This document shows positions 51,271 through 60,000 of a stretch of DNA of 60,000 nt, piece by piece. Where the stretch lies: contig NC_086108.1 of assembly GCF_963921235.1 (NCBI RefSeq), positions 70,434,001-70,494,000 of the forward strand. The letters are read 5' to 3'. The first letter of the stretch is position 1; every line of letters starts with the position of its first letter. Both the position numbers and the translations under genes were made by a program. The notes under the pieces are model-generated. The model searched no databases. It was not told the origin of the DNA and saw only the letters and a program-made list of their open reading frames with translations. This DNA comes from Mobula hypostoma. Taxonomy: Eukaryota.

Positions 51271-51869
51271 AATGATTCTCTGCGAATACATTGTGGCTGA
51301 AGGTTATAACTTTCAGTTATCATATCAATTAATCAATAGGCAGTTAACCAAAGAAATAATGTACATAGAAGCATCAAAAAGCACTCATTATTTTTTTCCC
51401 ACAAATCATTTGCTTCTGGATTTCTAACCAGAAGCTGCCGTTAAATTAAAGACTGTACCAAAGTATCAGAGAACAGAGCAACACCACACTTAATGCAGCA
51501 AAAACATCCCAGACAGCCTTCTAGGAGTGTTGAGTGATCTCAACGCATGAAAGATGATATTAGGGCAGACAAACAATGCTTGGTCAAAGAGGCAAGTATC
51601 AAGGAACAACATAAAGGGAGAAGAAGATACACAAAAAGAACAGCTTAGTGACAGAATTCCAAAACTTTGGCCTCAATTACATGGGTACGGAATGCAGAAG
51701 TAGGGAGGGGTGAAGTTTTATTGAGATTTGAAAATTAGGGTGAGAATTTAAAAAATTGAGATTATATTTGACTGGAAGTGAGTCAAAAGTTCCGGGATGC
51801 TGGGTGAATGGGACTTGATGGAAATTAGGACAAAGGCAGTGCTTTGGATAACCTCAAATTCACACAGGA

Positions 51870-52065
51870 TTTAATCAATGACCAGTTAACTTACCCTGTA
51901 TGTTATTGGACTGTGGGAGGAAACCGGAGGACCTGGGGAACACCCACACGTACCACAGCGAAGACGTACAGATTCCTTACAGACAGTGCTGGTAACGAAC
52001 TCGGAACACCAGAATGCTCTAAGCTGCAATCGTGTCACACTAACTGATACACCGCCACGGCATTA
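51870..52065 (-). mobile_element. V-SINE/HE1-like SINE
   Basis: tRNA-like head and V-domain gtgggtgttccccaggtcctccggtttcctcccacagtcc. Confidence 0.72.
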
Positions 52066-52928
52066 ACCAATTGGAATTCAGTATTTGCTCTAGGCAGTTT
52101 TACCCAATACATTTTTCTTTCAGCTCTATAGCAAGATTCATGTCTTAAAATATGAAAGTCGAATTATTGTTAAAAGTTAAACACAAAGCACGAAAGAACA
52201 ATTTTGTCTGTATATTTTTTAAAATTTGTATTTCTTGGTGCACACGCCAATAGCATGGCTTACTTCTGTGTGGTAAGCTCACATCACTATCTGGCAGATC
52301 CCCCCTCTACCTCTGCAGCGCTGCCCATGACGTATGAAGCAGGAACAAGATTGTATAGACCTAGTCAACCGCTGCTATTTATTATCAGTTCTATTGTGAA
52401 GCAACAAATTTCACAATATATGTTAAAGATAATGGACCTGATTCTGATTCCATCTTACTTATATTTAGTTAAACTGAAGGCTTGAAGTGTCTTTTTCTGT
52501 TTCCATACACAGCTGCTGGCCACTTAAGAATTTGCCTTGTCAGTTTCTAAAGCAAAATTCTTATGTGTCCTCCCACACCCCAACACCATAAACCAACAGT
52601 TACAGTTCTCGTCACCTTTGCTGAGAGATAAATATCACATTGGAATGCATCTCCATTTACAACACAGATTCAATGTTATAGAAAATCGTGATATGGGTGG
52701 TTTTCTAGGAACATAACCCCTCCATAGAGCAGGGTGACATGCCTTTCCTGTAAGGGCAACTCAAGGAAAACCATGGGCAATTAACCCTAATCTTAAAATG
52801 CTCATAAAGTAAATAGATCCTTGAAAATTTTTAGAATTTCCATGATGTGGGCTATTTATTTACATTTTTCTTTTTAAACCAAAATTCATAAAGTTACAGC
52901 ATAACCAATAAACCCAGACAATACTAAC

Positions 52929-53061
52929 TTTTTTCTTTAGATTTTGGTTTTGTGACTGCCTTCACTCCAGTAATTGCAGCTAATTCTGATTCCAGATCTC
53001 CATCGTTACTATCTCCTTCAGTAATCATGTCTTCACATGAAAAGTCCACAAACAGGCCAAG
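52929..53061 (-). CDS. CC2D1B: CC2D1B coding exon, first one found in the window (LGLFVDFSCEDMITEGDSNDGDLESELAAITGVKAVTKPKSKEK)
   Basis: tacag| acceptor and |gttagt donor, 133 nt, phase 0->1. Resembles the CC2D1B N-terminal LGLFVEF..EDM...DLEAELLALTG segment as I recall it. Confidence 0.9.
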
Positions 53062-54231
53062 CTGTATTTAAAAACAGAACAGTAAAGAATCAGTTTCATC
53101 AGGCTCCTAAAAAGATGACTATTAAACTAAAAGTTAGCACAGGGAATTTTTTTGAATGTATGCAAACAGTACAAATTCATGGCTCTTCTCACCACATTGT
53201 CATATTCTTTGTACAACTGCATACCTTCATCCAGTTAATGACAAACATAATCAAAATCATGACTGTTTAACATTGCAATTGACAAGTATTAAATATTTCC
53301 ACAAGCTGATTCATGCTACAATCCATTCTTGAAATTCAAAGAATATTCAAAAATTACCCGAGCTTCATAAATAATCTTTGAATGTTATTTTTCAAATTGG
53401 CTACAGAACAATTGCACGATGAAAAGGCCATACAAATTTATATAACTTATAATGAGGTGACTCATCTATTCAACAAACAGGAAACTGTTATAATTATTAA
53501 TTTCTATTCTATTTTTAGTTTGTGGTTCAATCCTGTTTCTCTGCTGTTGATTTTGTATATCTGACTTAAGGAATTATAAAGCAAGTTTAAAGTTAGTTAA
53601 CCAGTCTAAAATTTGTTGCAAACACATACTTCATTCATTACCACGTCTGCATGAAGGATCTTATAAAGAGGGTCTTCAAAAGCTGCTCTTCTGCAGAAGC
53701 AGTTATTTTAAAGAAATAAAAGACAAGTGATATGTGCTAAACAGACAAATGAGATGAGCTTAGATGGGCATCCTGTTTGGCATGGACTAGATGGGCTGAA
53801 GGACCTTTTTCTACATTGTATGATTCTATTTTGCTGAGAGATAACTTTATTTTGCTTTTCAAATTGCCTCTGAGAAAAAGAAATTGGTTTATATCTGTGA
53901 ATGAACTAGACCCCAAAACAGGATGTGCCTGGAGAGCAACAAGATCTAGATGTAATATTTCATAGCTGGATTTCATTTAAATGAACAAGTTGGATTGAGG
54001 ATGGGACACAAGAGTCTTTATATCATCAAAATATGTCCTAACTCCAAAAGATAAAGTACTACCTAAATATCAATCACCAAGGAGACACCAAATGTACCTA
54101 ATTTTTGGTTATAATATTGTTATCTATATTATCTGCACCCCTTTGCTATGTTGCTTACCAGACAGCAGACTGAACTGAGAAAAAATTGGTAAAGTGCCTT
54201 GTAAATGTATTCAGTTGCCAACTCATTGTTC

Positions 54232-54478
54232 ACATAAGACCATAAGATAAAGGAGCAGAAGTCGGCCATTTGGCCCATTGAGTCTGCTCTGCCATTTTAT
54301 CATGAGCTGATCCATTCTCCCATTTAGTCCCACTCCCCCGCCTTCTCACCATAACCTTTGATGCCCTGGCTACTCAGATACCTATCAATCTCTGCCCTAA
54401 ATACACCCAATGACTTGGCCTCCACTGCTGCCCATGGCAACAAATTCCATAGATTCATTACCCTCTGACTAAAAAACA
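54232..54478 (-). mobile_element. CR1 3' end
   Basis: FFSQRVMNLWN motif and cataaga tail. Confidence 0.8.
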
Positions 54479-55040
54479 AATTAGTATTACAATCAGGAAC
54501 TTTGATCAATTTAACTGAGAATTTTTATTTGTGAATTACATGCTTCTTTTTTCACAGTAGAGACAAAAAAAAAGGTAAAGCATGAAAAACTAAGAACTCA
54601 CAAACTGAAATGTCAGCAGTTCAGAAGAATTCATCCCCCTTTGCTGAGTACTTAGCTGAACCACTTCTCGCAGATTTTACAGCAGTCTTTTTGGATAAAT
54701 CTCAGTTGGCTTTACACAACGTGATGGAGCAAGATTTACAAAATTGCACAAGCTATGCCAGGTTTGTTGGAGAGCAGTGGTGGACAGCAATCCTGAGCTG
54801 TTCATTGGGTTGAGTCAGGATGTGGAGCCACTCAAGGACATTAACTTCCTTCATCTGAAGCCACCCCATGGTTGCTCTGGGTCACTGTCCTGCAGAAAGA
54901 TGAACTTCCTCCCCAGTTTAACCTTTCTGGCAGAACTTGCAGGTTTTTATCCAAGATCTCTCTGTGTTTCATCTTCATTTTCCCATCAATATGACCAGAT
55001 TTCCAGTCCCTGCTGCTGAAAAAATATCCCTCAGCATGAT

Positions 55041-55583
55041 ATCGTGTCCAGTGCTCCCAATGCAGCCTCCTCTACACTGGTGACATCCGTTGTAAATTGG
55101 GAGACAGGTTCGTCAAGCACCTCCACTCCATCTGTCAAAAGCAGGACTTCCACAGTGGCCAAACATTTTAATTCTGAGTCCCATTCCCATTCTGACATGT
55201 AGGCCCATGGCCTCCTCTTGTGCCATGACGAGGCCACCTTTATTCTGTCTGGGTAGCCTCCAACCTGGTGGCATAAGTATCAATTTTTTTCTTCTGGTAA
55301 AAAACTGTTTCCCACCCCTCCTCTCTTCTTGTATTCCCCACTCTGGCCCCTTACTGCTTCTCACCTGCCTAACACCACCCTCTGGGTCCCCTCCTCCTTC
55401 CATTTCTCCTATGGTCCACTCTCCTATCCTATCAGATTCCTTCCTCTCCCCCCACCTTTTATTCTGCCGTCTTCCACCTTCCTTTCCTGTTCCAATGAAG
55501 GGTCTCGGCCCAAAACATCGACTGCTCATTCATTTCCATAGATGCTGCCTGATCTGTGGAGTTCCTCCAGCATTTTGTGAGGG
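55041..55583 (+). mobile_element. Penelope-like 3' fragment with a degenerate hammerhead (55487-55524)
   Basis: GIY-YIG remnant and PLE tail. Imperfect TSD atcc(ctc/tat)agcatgat at 55026-55040 and 55584-55598. Confidence 0.8.
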
Positions 55584-55609
55584 ATCCTATAGCATGATGC
55601 TACCTCCAC

Positions 55610-56975
55610 TATAAGAACGTAAGAAGTGGAGTAAGGCCATAAAAAGGAGTAGGCCATCTGGCCCATCGAGCCTGCTCCACCATCCAATAAGATCATGGCT
55701 GATCTGTCCATGGACTCATCTTCACCTACCTGCCTTTTCTCCCATAACCCTTAATTCCCCTACTACGCAAAAATCTATCCAACCATGTCTTAAATATATT
55801 TACTGAGGTAGCCTCCACTGTTTCATTGGGCAGAGAATTCCACAGATTCACCACTCTCTGGGGAAAGCAGTACCTCCTCATCTCCGTTCTAAATCTACTC
55901 CTCCGAATCTTGAGGCTATGTCCCTTAGTTCTAGTCTCACCTATCAGTGGAAACAACGTTCCTGCCTCTATCTTATCTATCCCTTTCCTAATTTTATATG
56001 TTTCTGTAAGATCTCTTTTCATTCTTCTGAATTCCGGCGAGTACAGTCTCAAGCAACTCAATCTCTCCTCATTGTCTAACCCCCTCATCTCTGGAATCAA
56101 CCTGGTGAACCTCCTCTGCACCACCTCCAAAGCTAGTATGTCCTTCCTCAAGTAAGGAGACCAGAACTGCACACAGTACTCTAGGTGCGGCCTTACCAGT
56201 ACCCTGTACAGTTGCAGCATAATCTCCCTGCTCTTAAATTCAATCCCTCTAGCAATGAAAGCCAACCTTCCATTTGCCTTCTTGATAGCCTACTGCACCT
56301 GCAAACCAACCTTTTGCGATTCATGCACAAGCACTCCCAAGTCCTTCTGCACAACAACCATTTAGATAATAATCTGATCTTCTATTTTCCCTTCCAATGT
56401 GGATGACTTTGCATTTACCAACATTGTGCTCCATCTGCTAGACCCTTGCTCACTCACTTAACCTCTGCAGACTCTCTGTATCCTCCGCACAATTTGCTTT
56501 TCCACTCAATTTAGTGTCATCAGCAAACTTAGATACACTACACTCGGTCCCAGATCGTTAATGTATATCGTGAACGGTTGTGGGCCCAGCACCGACCCCT
56601 GTGGCACACCGCTCACCGCTGACTGCCAACCAGAGTAATACCCATGTATCCCATCTCTCTACTTTCTATTGGTTAACCAATCCTCTATCCATGCTAATAC
56701 ATCACCCCAACTCTATGCATCCTTATCTTTTGGATAAGTCTTTTATGTGGCACCTTATTGAACGCCTTCTGGAAATTCAAGTAAATAACATTCATCTGTT
56801 CCCCTCTATTGACTGTGCTCATTATATCCTCAAAGAACTCCAGTAAGTTTATCAAACACAACCTGCCTTTGATGAATATATTCTGCGTCTGCACAATGAT
56901 CCATTTCTTTTCAGATGCCTAGCCATTTCTTGATAGCTTCAAGCATTTTCCCAACTACAGATGTTAAACTAACTA
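55610..56975 (-). mobile_element. CR1 LINE 3' portion
   Basis: ORF 55726..56265 encodes a CR1 RT C-terminus. Confidence 0.92.
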
Positions 56976-58314
56976 GTGGGGTGGTGTTACCTGACTGATG
57001 CACAATATTAGACTCATGCCACATGTACTGCTTAGTGTTGAGGCCAATTAAGTTCCACTTTAGTTTTCTTCATGATGCTGTGCAAAGTCTTTACAGGCAA
57101 GGATATGTTTTTATTTAATTAAGAGATCTTTTTTCTTTGCTATGCTTCTGTAAATATCCTTTCCGTGCAAGGCCTTAGAGGTTGCAGAGCCATGAACCTC
57201 ATCTCCAGCTCACTCAGAGTGACAGCTGGCATCACAGTAACACTCCTTCAAGCGCCATTCTTCCCCAGCGACCGAATTTAGAGGGGCGTTTTGACCTAGG
57301 TAGTGTGACCGTAGTTTCATATTTTTTCCACTTTTTCATGATGGCCTGCACTGAGTTCTGAGATATTTTCAGTGCCTTCCCCAGTGTGTGCTTCTCTATA
57401 TCATTTCCCTGACGTGCCATGAATGTTTTTTTATCCTCATTTTGGTTTGGTCTATTGAAAATCTACCACACTGTTGGATCTCACAGAGAGAAAGGGAGTA
57501 TTTACTCAGATAATGCTACGTCAACAAATTGGGTGAGTTGGTAAAGTATTATATTGCACCTGAGGAAAGTTAGCAGAATAATTACAAAGGGGATGAATAC
57601 TTTTTTAGACTCGCGATTTTGGTTTTTACTTTTTAGTAAACTGTTGACAGGTTTTGGAACTTTTCTTTTGATTGCACAAGATGCACAATGCTTTGTAGAT
57701 TAACTCAAAAAATCTTACTTCAATATATTTTAAACTTAGAAAATGAGACAGTAAAATGTGAAAATAGTTGTGGGGGCTGAATACTTTTCCAAGGCACTGT
57801 AAATACCTTATTGATGCTACATTCAAATTAAGTTCATTGGGACATGAACTGTTAACATGATGCAATCCCCTTAGTGAAATGAACTTGGGTAGTATCAATA
57901 AGGTTCCAAACAAGCACAATCATGCTGACAATATATAAATAAAGAATAAAAATATTGTTGTGGAAAATGCTCCTGGTGTAAAAAAATACGAACTTCTAGG
58001 GTTGTGTTTGAGAAAGAATATCAAGGCAGCTGCAGTCTGAATCCATCTGTATTATTAGTGATCTGGGAACACTGAGACTGGAGAACCACCTTTCATCGAC
58101 TTGTTGAGCACATTCATCCTGCCGATAGATAGAGAATTGCAGAATGCCGAGGCTGACAAACACGGAGTCTATCAGATACTAGGGAGTAGTACTATCTCAC
58201 CAAGAACAATCCTCTCAGGTAATCGATGACAGCAAATTAAATGGTGCCCTGCCAAACACACATATCACTCAAATAAAATATGGTGTATTCACGGATGGAT
58301 TTGCTAAAGCCTGC

Positions 58315-60000
58315 ATTTTTTTCCTTTTCTAGTCTTTTAATTAATTTTCAAAATTATAAACATAACAATAATATTAATAAACAGAGAATGGGATTACGTT
58401 ATTGATAGCTAACATTTGCAAATATAAAATTGTTGATAGTACAAGTATGTTAGATCTCCCCAACTCTAAATATGATTGAACATGGTAGAGGATAAATGGG
58501 ACAAAAACAAGAAAAAACCAAACAAGAAAAAAAAACACACTAAATTATGATAAAGTTTAGGGAAATGGGGGATTCTCAGATTCCTGTAAACAATGGATTT
58601 AGCACTGACTATGTCTTTGACTGCAGTGTGTTTGAATAATGTCTCACAGCTGCCTTCTTTGGAGCAAGATAAGGATTAAAGTTCGCCCAGATCCACATAA
58701 AATGTGTCTGGGCTTTTCACACCTTTTGATTTTGAGAAAAAGCACTACCTGATAGAAATTAGACAGAACATTCGTTTCTTAATTAAAGCATGAATTTGAC
58801 GGATGTTCTTATCTTTGTAATTAAGTTGTGGCTCCAGCAAACCAAGTAGGACATTCCTTTCTTTAACAAAGGTGGCTGGAGTGTCTAACAAATTGATTGT
58901 ACTTTTGTATCAATAGTCCATTGACTTGGCTGGAATGGTTAACAAACTGATTGTTCTTTTGTATCGGTGGCCTTATAACTTCTGATAATTCTGACATCAG
59001 GCAGTGAACTCGTAGAACTGCCAGGGAGATGAGAAAGTTTCTCTCCCTGATGTCGGGTCCAAGTTCACTTGCCGGCTGAGCTCGAAAAAATAAACGGGTG
59101 AAAAGATAAGTAACGATCTTTTTGTGCTGTCGTTATTTGATTCAGCAGAGTTACGTTTACAATTAAGCTAAGCAAAACTAGACTAAACTAAACAAAACTG
59201 AAACAAAGTCGGGCTAACATATTACATCGGATACAATCATTAATGTCGTTAACTCCACTCCTCTATCCTTATATTTTTAGTTTTAAAAAAAGGATTCGAG
59301 AAATGTCAAACTACATCATATGAAAATGTTGAATAAATGGTCTTCAGGTTTCTTCAAATTTAACCAAAGGATCAGAGGTGCCACTTCTAATTTTCTCTAA
59401 ATTTAAGCAAGATATAGTTTGAGAAAACCATTGAAATGTAGTAGGAGGATTAACCTCTTTCCAATTCAATGATAGATCTTCTAGCCATTAATGTAAGGAA
59501 TGCAATCATCCGGCAGGCTGAAGGGGATAAGTAACTATCTTTCATCATTGGTAACCCAAAAATTGCAGTAATGGGGTGAAGTTGTAAATCAATACACAAA
59601 ACTGTAGAAATAATATCAAAGATATCTTTCCAATATGTATCCAAATAAGGGCAAGACCAGAACATATGAGTCAAGGAAGCAACTTCAGAATGACATCTAT
59701 CACAAATAGGGCTGATATGAGAATAAAAATGAGCTAATTTATCTTTAGACATATGATCCATATGTACCAGCTTAAATTGTGTCAATGTATGTTTAGCACA
59801 TAAAGAGGACAGGTTAACTAATTGAAATTTTTTTTCCCATTTCTCAGTAGGCAAATGAAGTTGAAGTTCCCTTTCCCATTCAGTCTTAATTTTATCAGAT
59901 ATACCAGAATTTATTTTCATAATCAAATCATAAATGATTGCTATTAAACCCTTCTGATAAGGATTTAAACCTAATTTTTTTCTGTGATATCAAATGGATA
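58315..60000 (-). mobile_element. L1-clade LINE 3' part, interrupted by a solo LTR; runs off the window end
   Basis: ORF 59450..59926 with CDRC..SLTHMFWSC, homologous to the 36152 ORF; 3' UTR lies on both sides of the LTR. Confidence 0.85.
58548..59161 (+). mobile_element. Solo LTR (ERV- or Gypsy-type), 614 bp
   Basis: TG...CA termini, 4-bp TSD ATTA (58544-58547, 59162-59165), internal U3-like direct repeats, TATAA at ~58974, AATAAA at ~59089. Confidence 0.75.

Larger units (their letters stand above)
54480..57800 (-). mobile_element. Decayed Tc1-like transposon carrying nested PLE and CR1 insertions
   Basis: Right end gaatacttttccaaggcactg|ta. N-terminal remnant KALKISQNSVQAIMKKWKKYETTVTLPRS. 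Left boundary approximate. Confidence 0.75.

Noticed and set aside
829..53061. Assignment to the paralog CC2D1A
   Set aside because: The LGLFV.F, PM.HI...A..CM.DV and VPSP..DFI..HH motifs fit CC2D1B better as I recall them. Reciprocal BLAST or synteny would confirm.
53062..60000. Start-codon exon or promoter of CC2D1B
   Set aside because: No matching exon or CpG island found; probably beyond the window.

Overview
Vertebrate genomic DNA, very repeat-rich. The mix of CR1, Rex/Babar, Penelope and V-SINE repeats suggests a cartilaginous fish, possibly a ray (inference). The window lies within one minus-strand gene that I identify as CC2D1B (Lgd/Freud-2 family). I could chain 15 consecutive coding exons from 53061 down to 829 with consistent splice phases; they encode the acidic N-terminus, all four DM14 repeats and the region just before the C2 domain. 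I did not find the start-codon exon, and the C2 exons lie beyond the left edge. One intron uses a non-canonical GC donor. The introns carry CR1 and Rex/Babar LINE fragments, two L1-like 3' ends, Tc1, Tc2/pogo, Tigger and mariner DNA-transposon relics, tRNA-derived SINEs and a solo LTR. The most interesting signal is a set of Penelope-like (GIY-YIG) insertions carrying minimal hammerhead ribozyme motifs: six copies, four with an intact CUGANGA/GAAA core, two of those in the host-sense orientation. These insertions repeatedly show internal inversions and 12-15 bp target-site duplications (TSDs), and one forms an 869-bp-arm inverted repeat inside the GC-AG intron. There is also a weaker HDV-like ribozyme candidate. 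Repeat family names come from motif recognition, not database searches, and LINE fragment boundaries are approximate.
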